From Eledone cirrhosa (Eukaryota): a stretch of DNA of 64,000 nt. The stretch is taken from assembly GCA_964016885.1 (NCBI GenBank), contig OZ024743.1, positions 213,404,001-213,468,000 of the forward strand, read 5' to 3'. This document shows positions 52,504 through 64,000 of the stretch, one piece after another; the stretch's first letter is position 1; each line of letters opens with the position of its first letter. Position numbers and translations under genes: made by a program. The notes below the pieces were generated by a model. The model had not been told where the DNA came from. It saw only the letters and a list, made by a program, of their open reading frames with translations, and ran no database searches.

Positions 52504-55500
52504 TTATCTCTTTCTCTTAATTTCGAGTATACTTTTTTTGACCGGCCACCTTCCTGGTGGCAAGGTTGTAAATGAAAAGAAATTGTCATCACTTGAATCG
52601 TAAGAATGTATTGCAAATTTTGAAGGTGCCGGCTATCGCAGCCATTTCTAGACTATGAATTAGGGAGCTGCGCTCTTTGTCCGCAAATCCAAGTTCAGTC
52701 ATACTTTGGTCCAAGCGGGTTGGTATATAACCCGTAGCTCCAATAATGATGGGTATGAAGCTAAAGGTCTATCTTGGATACTGGATTTGTAAACTCCTAA
52801 TCAATGGTCCGTAGATGTCCTCCTTCTCCTGTATTTTTCTGACAACGTTTACATCAAGTGGGCAGCTGATCTCCACAACAGAACACGTTTTCAATGTGTG
52901 GTCCCAAACAACAATATCAGGCCTGTTGTGCTTTAATTTGGTGGCAGTTTTTATTTTCAGGTTCCACCAGTATTCCTTAGTGCCATCTGTCGCAATATAT
53001 TCTTCCTCATTTGTTGTTAATTTTGTTTACCGAAGTGCGTTCCAGATGGTTCTAGCTATCCCATCGTGTCTCATGGGGAGTTGTAGCGAGATGACATTCT
53101 TTCGAAGCTGGCAACAATGTGGCTTACATCCTCTATCTTTGTTTTACATAGCCTACATTTATTGTCAGCTGATGGCCCTCCGCTTTTGTGCAGCAGATAT
53201 TTGGTAGGGAGTTCTTGTTCCTGTATTGCATAGAGATATCCCTCAAGGTGTGATGTCATAAACTTGTCGGAACTCCATGCCAGGCTTTTTGAGTGGTTTA
53301 TCCCCTCTATGGTCTGTGTTTTACGTCTCAAGTATCCATGCACAACTTTTTCTGTAAATTGGTCAATTTTTTCATCTTGTTTGGACATTGAATAGGATCT
53401 TCCGATTTCTCTGGGTGAGAGATTTATATCAGGCTTTATTCCATATCTCTCCTCCAGATCAGTCACTATTCTAATGATATATTTTTTTTCATGCTCATAA
53501 ACCTGTGCAAGATGGTTGCCAACCTTTTTCCTCTGTTGCAGGTGTTGCTTCAGTGTTACTATCCGGGTTCATATGATGTTAATATGGATTTTAGACCCCG
53601 GCCACCTTACTTGCGTGAGAAGTATAGCCTATCCACATCATCATTGATGTTAAAGTTCCCAGCAACACTGAGAAGTTTGCGAGTTCTAATATCCATCTCA
53701 CTTAGTTCTTGCAATGACCAGTTCAGCAGGCCAAATGTTGGCGTTAGAATTGGCACAGCATAAGTATTGTGGGCAATGTATTTGTTGTACGCTGACAGTT
53801 CTGATGACCATATTTTCTTTACTCTTCTGAGGTATTCAGTTCTGGTTCTCTCCTTATTTATGGGTCCATCATATCTGACATTCTCATCCTGTCCAAGATA
53901 TCTGTAGTTGTCACCTGACTGTATAGGTTGTATTGTCAGGCCGTTCATCTCTAGATTTCTAGAGGAGGGCACAGCTCTTCCACGTTTTACTGCCAAATAT
54001 GCACAGTTGGACTCACCAAATTTAATTTTGATGTCTGTTGAAAATTGTGTAATGAGGTCCAATTGTTTCTTGATGTCATTGATATTTGGCCCATACAACT
54101 TCAGGTCATCAACAAAGAAATGATGGGAGATACTTCTGGACCCACCTCTTTGTCCACCTTGTTTCCTGAGTAGGTAAGATAGTGGATTTAGTGAGAGAAC
54201 GAAGAGTAGCACTGACAAGCTATCACCCTGAAAGATGCCCTTCTGGTAATGTATCTTATCAGTATTAACTTGCTCCTTCTCACCTCTAAGGATCAAATTG
54301 GTGTACCAGTTCTTGGTCAGACGTTCAACAGCAGCTACCAGTGGTTGTGAGACTTTGGCTAACTGTAAAGCCTTAACAATCCACCCATGAGGTACACTAT
54401 CAAATGCTTTTTGATAGTCCAGCCACACCACAGTCATGTTTCTGCGATTCTTTGTTGTTTTTTTCTTGAATCATTTTATTAGTTAGTAGGTGATCTATGC
54501 AACCCCACACCTCCCTCTTTCCACCAGCTTGCTCAGGTGTTATGATGTTGTTGGTAGCACAGTGATCCTGTAAGAACAGGTTAAGGCACCCAGTATATAA
54601 TTTATACATGATGTTTTGGCAGGCTATTGGGCGGTCATTTTTAGCAAGGGTGGTTTGGCTATTTGGGGGAATGAGGAGAGTAGTGGCAGTTGATAACCAT
54701 CTGGGCAGTACTTGTGTGCTTTTAATGGTTTCTGTAAATAGCCGTATGAGATCTTGCCCATAGAAAGTGAAATTCTTCAACCAGTATCCTGTAATGAGGT
54801 CTGGGCCTGGTGATTTCCTATTCGACATTTTCTGTAGAGCTGTTTCCAGTATTGACCCATCTATGTCATATTGTTTTGTCTGGACATGTTGGCAGTAGTC
54901 CTGTTCCAGTTGTTTTAGCCAACTAGTTTGTCTGTTGAATCCGTCATCCGTTTCCCATACAGATCTCCAGTAGCTCTCAACCTGTTCTTTTGAAGGGGTG
55001 TCATTTACAGGGATTGAGCTTTTGCCACCGAAGCTCCGATAAACTGATTTAGGATCTCTGGCAAACAATCTATTTAGTACGTGTCGTTTATGTGCTGTTG
55101 ACTTATATTTTAGTATTTCTGTTGTAGCTGTGAGTTGTTGTTTCAACTGGTGTAATTTGGAGTGCAAAGTTTTAAATTTTGTATCTCCAAATCGTCTCTC
55201 TAACTTTTTTTAGGTCTTCCTGGTGTCATATGAAGTTGCTCTCTATGTTGCATTTCATAACGACTGCGATGTGTGAGATACTTCGTCTCAGGGACAAAAT
55301 TTTGCCTTTTAAATTTCGCATCCACGCTGGTTCAGGCTTTTTGTTTGTATCTTGATTGCGTGGTTTTAGATGTGTGTTATATGATAGCAATGTGACAGCT
55401 GAAACATATAACAAAATATTAAGTGTTTTAAATGTCGTTTCTACACCTTTAGATCGTATAGCCTTCAGATAATTGCCAGCTATTTCGTTCACCGCTTCCA

Positions 55501-56762
55501 ATTCCAATTTAGTGGGTTCTTTACTGATTCTGGTGTTGTATAGTCTGTCACTCACATAAAGGCTGTGTATCTCTTGAAACATATCGTCCCATATCACTTG
55601 TAAGGTGACCACAAGTTTTTGGTTTTCTGTTTGTACAGTAGAGTCATGAATTTCAGCCTCGTTGTTGATGTGGTGACAATTGCTGCTAGAGTTAGCTGAC
55701 CATTCTCGCTGTTCTTCAGTGGAAGTGGGATGGATTTCAGCAAAATTGTTGGTGAGCTGGTCACTGTTAGATTTAGCTGGCCATTCTCTTTGTCTGTCAG
55801 TGGAGGTGCGGTGGTTGTCTACAAGGGCTGTATTTGTAGTATCACTCAATTCCGTTAGATGTATCAATTTACATCTAATGATACGTTTTGCCTGTTCATT
55901 TAAATGCTTTGAAGAAAAGTCTAATTCTGGGTGTTTGGAGTTCCATAAAGTTTTTAGCCTTTGCATAAAACTGAACTTTTGGGGTTCAGATTGTTTGTAT
56001 GCTTCATATAATTCTTTGTTAAGCTCGTAGTTCCACTGAATACAACGGTTGTAGTTGCGATTTGGTCGAAGGAGACTTGTACGTTTTGCTATGATGAGTT
56101 CGTCTATTCACTAATATTTTGTATTTTTTTTCAAAATAGTCGATGATCTTCTTTAAAAGTTTCGACAAAGTTCTGTCAGAATCAAATTTAAAGTTATTCA
56201 CAGCTTGGGTAATATTTCTTTTCAGTTAGTTTTTAATTCTACAACTGTGTTTTAAATTGTTCTTGAATCGTTTGAATCGAGAACCCCCCCCCCAAAAAAA
56301 AACCCCCGTTACTTAGTACATTTCTTTATGAATGTAATATAATATAACAACGCTGTATTTATATGTTAAAGTTTATGTATCATTCATATAAATAGGTGTT
56401 CTACAACTTATTCACAACATATTCACAGTTCAAACACTTACGTTTTTGTTTCTGAATCGAAAACGTTACTTGCATATTTCTTTATAAATGTAATATAACA
56501 ACGTTGCATTTATATGTTAAAGTGTATGTATCGTTCATATATCATAAGTGTATGTATCATTCATATATCATAAGTGTATGTATTGTTCATATAAATAGGT
56601 GTTTTACAACACACTTACAGTTCAAATACTTATGTAGAATTATTGTATGTAATCTTACCGCGTAATGTAGCTCAACTTTTTCCAATATATAGTATGTTGC
56701 CTTCATGTAAGCCGTAATTACACACGTCCGTTTATCGGACACTGACCACAACGGTCGCCATT
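52504..56762 (-). mobile_element. R4/Dong-clade LINE, family A, apparently full length with 5' UTR, frameshifted
   Basis: N-terminal Myb-like W..ELN..LY..Y..MQRLKTLW, KSPGPD, WLDYQKAFDSVPH, FQGDSLS, FFVDDL, CRLC..H and REL domain; (CATA)n on both sides. Confidence 0.92.
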
Positions 56763-56803
56763 GTATGTATGTATGTATGTATGTATGTATGTATGTATGT
56801 ATG

Positions 56804-57203
56804 ACCCCTTAGCCTTTGTCAAGGCAGAATTCTAGGAGAAGGAAAACTGATATAACACCTGCAACCCTGATGGTATCCAATGATGTTGACTTGTTCTTCT
56901 TTTTGGTAAATATCATCTTGGTTAAGAGAGTGGGACTGGCTTTGTGCAGTGCCTTTGCTCACTATAAAAGCTTCACAGCACAGGCATTGCTTTATATCTG
57001 GAGATCTCTCTGCACTTGGTACAATCACAGGGTACAATGGGCCCAGCACTATGTGTCAGTAATTGTCACAAGTGTAGTGTTTGTACCAGAGTTTTCAAGT
57101 CGCTGGCTGGACTAAAAAGTCACACTCGTTCAGCTCATCGGTAAGGGTTCTCCTACATGGATATAAAGTAGTGGCCGTACTCGAAAACGAGTTGGCAGCC
57201 ACC
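56804..57203 (+). mobile_element. Short non-coding element with 3' hairpin and (TATG)n tail (longest copy)
   Basis: 56938-57203 matches 60646-60911 and 60978-61243; 5' extension has RTE-like ctaggagaaggaaaactga. Confidence 0.75.
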
Positions 57204-57226
57204 ATGTATGTATGTATGTATGTATG

Positions 57227-60200
57227 TTTTCTCTTTCTCTTAATTTCGAGTATATTTTTTTGACCGGCCACCTTCCTGGTGGCAAGGTTGTAAAAGAAAA
57301 GAAATTGTCATCCCTTGAATCGCAAGAATGTTTTGCATATTTTGAAGGTGCCAGCTATCGCAGCCATTTGTAGACTATGAATTAGGGAGCTGCGCTTTTT
57401 GTCCGCAAATCCAAGTTCGGTCATACTTTGGTCCAAGCGGGTTGGTATATAACCCGTAGCACCAATAATGATGGGTATGAAGCTAAAGGTGTATCTTGGA
57501 TACTGGATTTGTAAGCTCCTCATCAATGGTCCGTAGATGTCCTCCTTCTCCTGTATTTTTCTGACAACGTTTACATCAAGTGGGCAGCTGATCTCCACAA
57601 CAGAACACGTTTTCAATGTGTGGTCCCAAACTACAATATCAGGCCGGTTGTGCTTTAATTTGGTGGCAGTTTTTATTTTCAGGTTCCACCAGTATTCCTT
57701 AGTGCCATCTGTCTCAATATATTCTTCCTCGTTTGTTGTTAATTTTGTTTTCCGAAGTGCGTTCCAGATAGTTCTAGCTATCCCATCGTGTCTCATGGGG
57801 AGGTAGTAGCGAGATGACATTCTTTCGCAGCTGGCAACAATGTGGCTTACATCCTCGATCTTTGTTTTACATAGCCTACATTTATTGTCAGCTGCTGGCC
57901 CTCCTCTTTTGTGCAGCAGATATTTGGTAGGGAGTTCTTGTTCCTGTATTGCATAGAGATATCCCTCAAGGTGTGATGTCATAAACTTGTCGGAACTCCA
58001 TGCCAGGCTTTTTGAGTGGTTTATCCCCTCTATGGTCTGTGTTTTACGCCTCAAGTATCCATGCACAACTTTCTCTGTAAATTGGTCAATTTTTTTTTCT
58101 TGTTTGAACATTGAATAGGATCTTCCGATTTCTCTGGGTGAGAGATTTATATCAGGCTTTATTCCATATCTCTCCTCCAGATCAGTCGCTATTCTAATGA
58201 TATTTCTTTTTTCATGCTCATAAACCTGAGCAAGATGGTCGCCAACCTTTTTCCTCTGTTGAAGGTGTTGCTTCAGTGTTACTATCCGGGTCTCATATGT
58301 TGTTAATATTGATTTTAGACCCCGGCCACCTTCCTTGCGTGAGAAGTATAGCCTATCCACATCACCATTGATGTTAAAGTTCCCAGTAACACTGAGAAGT
58401 TTACGAGTTCTAACATCCATCTCACTTAGTTCTTGCAATGACCAGTTCAGTAGGCCAAATGTTGGCGTTATAATTGGCACAGCATAGGTATTGTGGGCAA
58501 TGTATTTGTTGTATGCTGCAGTTCTGATGACCATATTTTTTTTACTCTTCTGAGGTATTCAGTTCTGGTTCTCTCCTTATTTATGGGTCCATCATATCTG
58601 ACATTCTCATCCTGTCCAAGATATCTGTAGTTGTCACCTGACTGCAGAGGTTGTATTGTCAGGCCGTTCATATCTAGATTTCTAGAGGAGGGCACAGCTC
58701 TTCCACGTTTTACTGCCAAATATGCACACTTGGACTCACCAAATTTCATTTTGATGTCGGTTGAAAATTGTGTAATGAGGTCCAATTGTTTCTTGATGTC
58801 ATTGATATTTGGCCCATACAACTTCAGGTCATCAACAAAGAAAAGATGGGAGATACTTCTGGGCCCACTTCTTTGTCCACCTTGTTTCCTGAGTAGGTAA
58901 GATAGTGGATTCAGTGAGAGAACGAAGAGTAGTACTGACAAGCTATCACCCTGAAAGATGCCCTTCTGGTAATGTATCCTATCAGTCTTAACCTGCTCCT
59001 TCTCACCTCTAAGGATCAAATTGGTGTACCAGTTCTTGGTCAGGCGTTCAACAGCAGCTACTAATGGTTGTGGGACTTTAGCTAACTGTAAAGCCTTAAT
59101 AATCCACCCATGAGGTACACTATCAAATGCTTTTTGATAGTCCAGCCACACGACAGTCATGTTTCTGCGATTCTTTGTTGTTTTTTCCTGAATCATTTTG
59201 TTAGTTAGTAGGTGACTATGCAACCCCACACCTCCCTCTTTCCACCAGCTTGCTCAGGTGTTATTATGTTGTTGGTAGCACAGTGATCCTGTAAGAACAG
59301 GTTAAGGCACCCAGTATATAATTTATACATGATGTTTTGGCAGGCAATTGGGCGGTAAATTTTAGCAAGGGTGGTTTGGCTATTTTTGGGAATGAGGAGA
59401 GTAGTGGCAGTTGATAACCATCTGGGCAGTTCTTGTGTGCCCTTAATGGTTTCTGTAAACAGCCGTATGAGATCTTGCCGATAGAAAGTGAAATTCTTCA
59501 ACCAGTATCCTGTAATGAGGTCTGGGCCTGGCGATTTCCTATTCGACATTTTCTGTAGAGCTGTTTCCAGTATTGACCCATCTATGTCATATTGTTTTGT
59601 CTGGACATGTTGGCAGTAGTCCTGTTCCAGTTGTTTTAGCCAATTAGCTTGTCTGTTGAATCCGTCATCCGTTTCCCATACAGATCTCCAGTAGTTCTCA
59701 ACCTGTTCTTTTGAAGGGGTGTCGTTTACAGGGATTGAGCTTTTGCCACCGAAGCTGCGATAAACTGATTTAGGATCTCTGGCAAACAATCTATTTAGCA
59801 CTTGTCGTTTATGGGCTGTTGACTTATATTTTAGTCTTTCTGTTGTAGCTGTGAGTTGTTGTTTCAACTGGTGTAATTTGGAGTTCAAAGTTTTAAATTT
59901 GGTATCTCCAAATCGTCTCTCTAACTTTTTCTTTAGGTCTTCCTGGTGTCGTGTGAAGTTTCTCTCTATGTTGCATTTCATAACGACTGCGATGTGTGAG
60001 ATACTTCGTCTCAGGGACAAAATTTTGGTTTTTAAATTTCGCATCCACGCTGGTTCAGGCTTTCTGTTTGTATCTTGATTGCGTGGTTTTAGATGTGTGT
60101 TATATGATAGCAATGTGACAGCTGAAACATATAACAAAACATTGAGCGTTTCAAATGTCGTTTCTACACCTTTAGATCGTATAGCCTTCAGATAATTGCC

Positions 60201-60600
60201 AGCTATTTCGTTCACCGCTTCCAATTCCAATTTAGTGGGTTCTTTACTGACTCTAGTGTTGTATGGTCTGTCACTCACATTAAGGCTGTGTATCTCTTGA
60301 AACATATCGTTCCATATCACTTGTAGGGTGCCCACAAGTTTTTGGTGCTCTGTTTGTTCAGTAGAGTCATGAATTGCAGCCTCGTTGTTGATGTGGTGGC
60401 AATTACTACTAGAGTCAGCTGACCTTTCTCGCTGTTCTTCAGTGGAAGTGGGATGGATTTCAGCAAAATTGTTGGTGAGCTGTTCACTGTTAGATTTAGC
60501 CGGCCATTCTCTTTGTCTGTCAGTGGAGGTGGGGTGGTTGTCTACAAGGGCTGTATTTGTAGTATCACTCGATTCCGTTAGATGTATCAATTTACATCTA
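57227..60600 (-). mobile_element. R4/Dong-clade LINE, family A, 5'-truncated, nearly intact ORF
   Basis: Three overlapping ORFs (59205-60590, 58468-59229, 57308-58534), i.e. two frameshifts; RT motifs, CRLCKTKIEDVSHIVASC, NRPDIVVWD..VEISCP. Confidence 0.95.
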
Positions 60601-60645
60601 TGTATGTATGTATGTATGTATGTATGTATGTATGTATGTATGTAT

Positions 60646-61243
60646 GGCTTTGTGCAGTGCCTTTGCTCACTATAAAAGCTTCACGGCACAGGCATTGCTT
60701 TATATCTGGAGATCTCTCTGCAGTTGTCGTCACATGGTACCATGGGCCCAGCACTATGTGTCAGCACTAATTGTCACAAGTGTAGTGTTTGTAACAGAGT
60801 TTTCAAGCCGCTGGCTGGACTAAAATATCACACTCGTTCAGCGCATCGGTAGGGGTTCTCCTACATGGATATAAAGTAGTGGCCGTACTCGAAAACGAGT
60901 TGGCAGCCACCATGTATGTATGTATGTATGTATGTATGTATGTATGTATGTATGTATGTATGTATGTATGTATGTATGGCTTTGTGCAGTGCCTTTGCTC
61001 ACTATAAAAGCTTCACGGCGCAGGCATTGCTTTATATCTGGAGATCTCTCTGCAGTTGTCGTCACATGGTACCATGGGCCCAGCACTATGTGTCAGCACT
61101 AATTGTCACAAGTGTAGTGTTTGTAGCAGAGTTTTCAAGTCGCTGGCTGGACTAAAATATCACACTCGTTCAGCGCATCGGTAGGGGTTCTCCTACATGG
61201 ATATAAAGTAGTGGCCGTACTCGAAAACGAGTTGGCAGCCACC
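60646..61243 (+). mobile_element. Two tandem 266 bp copies of the short element separated by (TATG)n
   Basis: Near-identical units with period 332 bp. Confidence 0.9.
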
Positions 61244-61399
61244 ATGTATGTATGTATGTATGTATGTATGTATGTATGTATGTATGTATGTATGTATGTA
61301 TGTATGTATGTACGTATGTATGTAAACGCGCTTGAGTGCGTGTGAGAGGAGACACAATTATAGAAAGACATATATATGTACAGGCGCAAGCATTATTAG

Positions 61400-61545
61400 G
61401 GTTAAGGAGGTCGCTTTGCAACCGAGTGGTTAAGTCTCGATGCCTGACAAATCTGCCTAATGTCTTTTACTATGGCTTCGAGTTGACCAATGCCATATGA
61501 GTGTAATTTGCTAGAGGAAAACTGCAGATGTCGATCGTATAGAAT
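61400..61545 (+). mobile_element. Degraded second tRNA-SINE family (octopus OR-like)
   Basis: gttaaggaggtcgct..tgtcttttactatggcttcgagttgaccaatgcc..gaaaactg; similar relics near 20450-20560, 24830-24890, 41540-41660 and 49700-49770. Confidence 0.5.
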
Positions 61546-61613
61546 ATGTGTGTGTGTGTATGCGCATACATATATATATACACACACACACACGCACGCA
61601 CGCATATATATGT

Positions 61614-61718
<105 letters not shown>

Positions 61719-63092
61719 TATCTATAGTTGAAAATGTGGTTAAAGTTCAATAAAATCGAAGATTATAGGTAAAATGTAAAAGTGAAAATGCACAGTGGTG
61801 TATATAAATATAATAGACAATATTCCCCAAGTACTATGTGTACAAACACAAACATATGTTCAGTTTAGAGATCGACACGTTTCCTGTTGAAGCATTGAGA
61901 CTCCTCTTGAATATTGTAAAGTGCGTTTAACTTGTATTCATCTTGAAAGTGATCCACCTCAAGAAAGACGACCTAACACGAATTCTTGCTGTTTAGATAT
62001 TTTCCATTTCCTCACAATATACTGGTGTTGTATAGTTTCTTAGAAGTTTTCATTATATTTCTGCTGTCTCAAGGAAAATATTTGGTAACCTTTGTATTTC
62101 GGAACGTTTAATTCATTTCTATTGTAATAACAGACAAAGCAATTGTTATTCAGCATTTATCGTTATATATATATATATATGTTTGTATAGTGAGTGATTT
62201 GATGACATATCTTGATGATGTTATGTACAGATATCGTACAAGTGTTTCTGAAAAGACATTTATTGAAATAGGTAATCCAAATAGACAATGAAACCTTTGA
62301 ACATTTTCAGAAGATTTCGAATGCATTCTCAACATGTTTATCAACTATTAATTGCCCTAAGACGCTACAAAATTATTTTAGTTGGATCTGAATATAAAAT
62401 TGTTTCCTTCCACTTCATCGTATTCTCTCCGAGGGAGAATTCATTCCTACCTCTATTCTTTCATTTAACTCTTATCCTTCTTTGCTATTTCTTTGTGTTT
62501 GGACCTGGTGTATTTATGTGTGTATAAGAGAGAATGAGTGTAAAAGCGGTTTCTTGTACTGACAAACACCCCTACATATTTCCTTATTTTCGTGACCCCC
62601 TTCACCATTACTTTTTGCATTATTGATAATCCTCCGTATTGCTCTCGTTGTCTCTTTCTCTTTCCTGCTTTCTCTTTCTCATTATCTCTCCCTCGCTCAC
62701 TCCTACTATCCCCCTGTCTCTCTCACTTTCTCTGTCGCTATCACTACTCGATGAAAGTCTATTTTTAACAAACTCGAAACGTATATCTAAAGCGGAACTG
62801 CTAATGATTACATTGCAATTGTTTTGCTAGCTACGGAATACATACTACACTATTAAATGGAATATAAATGGAAATACTCAGTTGCTCGGACGATCCACCA
62901 TGTTTGTAAAATCATCATCCCTTCAGGCGAAAGATAGAGAAGAAAATGTGAAGCAGTACAAGATTTGTGAAAGGGGGAATCATTGCGACAGAAGAGAAGG
63001 CGAAATCCTTGTGGGTTGAACAAGGACGTGGGTAATAACTGCTAAGGTATTGATAAGATTTGAGAATAGATAATTAGGGTCAATTCGGAAAC

Positions 63093-63244
<152 letters not shown>

Positions 63245-63749
63245 TGATTGAACCATTCCATAGCCACGATTGCCATTGAAATATGTATCCCATCTGCGGT
63301 AATAAAGCATTTTTAAACATCCACACCCACCTCTGCACTTTCCTTAATCTATAAATACTTAGTCACTGACCAACAAATCATATTTGAAAGAAAAATACAT
63401 GACGTTGAGTGTTTATTTCAAATAGCATCATTTTTCACTGATTAGTGTATCGCATATGCAACCTCGATTATGCAGCATATTTACTGTAAGTTTATATATA
63501 TATATATATTTGTTTTGCGAGGTTTTTGATATGAAATCGTGTGTCGAAACAAATATTGTTATACTTGGGGAGGATCATATTGTTGTAATAATATTGCCAG
63601 AATTAATAACAGAATACACTCACTGTTTGGTTGGTTTTCGCTTCTGTATCTTTTATATCAGTTAATTTATTCGGTCCTCACTGTTTACCATTAACTGACA
63701 ACGGTCAAAAATACAGATATAATATAGACACAAACACATATATATATAG

Positions 63750-64000
63750 TCTAACAAAGTTCTTTCGTTGCACATCTGAAACATCGTCAGTGGTGCTATT
63801 ATGTTCCTCCTGTTGTATTGTATATCTACGCCATCTTTATTTAATGTTTATTTATTTATTTATTTATTTATTTATTTTGTCTTCTTCTCTGCGCATGCGT
63901 TTGCGCGTGTGTATAGTGTTTGGTGTGTGTTCGCGTTTGGGTGACTGTGTTTTGGTATTGTATTCTATCTTAGTTTACTAGTGTGTGTTTATATGTGTTT
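63750..64000 (-). mobile_element. PLE pLTR-like fragment with decayed hammerhead (63753-63795)
   Basis: Minus strand CTGACGA-t-gtttca-gatg-tgcaac-GAAA-gaactttg, same 3' context as 47089; TG-rich flank like the 47 kb pLTR. Confidence 0.5.

Noticed and set aside
56690-56762. HDV-like ribozyme at the R4 5' end
   Set aside because: Two small hairpins are present, but I could not build the nested double pseudoknot or the J4/2 motif.
60600-61323. Repeat-spacer look of the (TATG)n array as a CRISPR array
   Set aside because: Repeats are variable-length microsatellites, the intervening units are near-identical, there are no cas genes and the context is eukaryotic.
50964-61323. Telomere-type retrotransposon array
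   Set aside because: No TTAGGG-type repeats, and ordinary sequence continues on both sides.

Overview
AT-rich, microsatellite-dense eukaryotic DNA made almost entirely of repeats, with no confidently identifiable host gene. The SINE families look like those of octopus, so a coleoid cephalopod origin is inferred. Main contents: a full-length decayed Tx1/L1 LINE (1.2-6.9 kb); a decayed Helitron with both ends intact (11.4-16.5 kb); many Nin-domain tRNA SINEs; RTE and R4/Dong fragments; a Penelope-like element with inverted pLTRs (46.9-48.7 kb); and a 10 kb array of two R4/Dong LINE families plus a short non-coding element, all separated by (TATG)n (51-61.3 kb). The most interesting signal is non-coding. 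Several short elements embedded in (TA)n carry hammerhead ribozyme motifs. Two sequence-dissimilar families (28.7-30.0 kb, three copies; 43.6-43.7 kb) share a rearranged, non-circularly permuted hammerhead architecture (order NUH, GAAA, CUGANGA) with matching helices built from different sequences. All folds were done by eye and none is tested.
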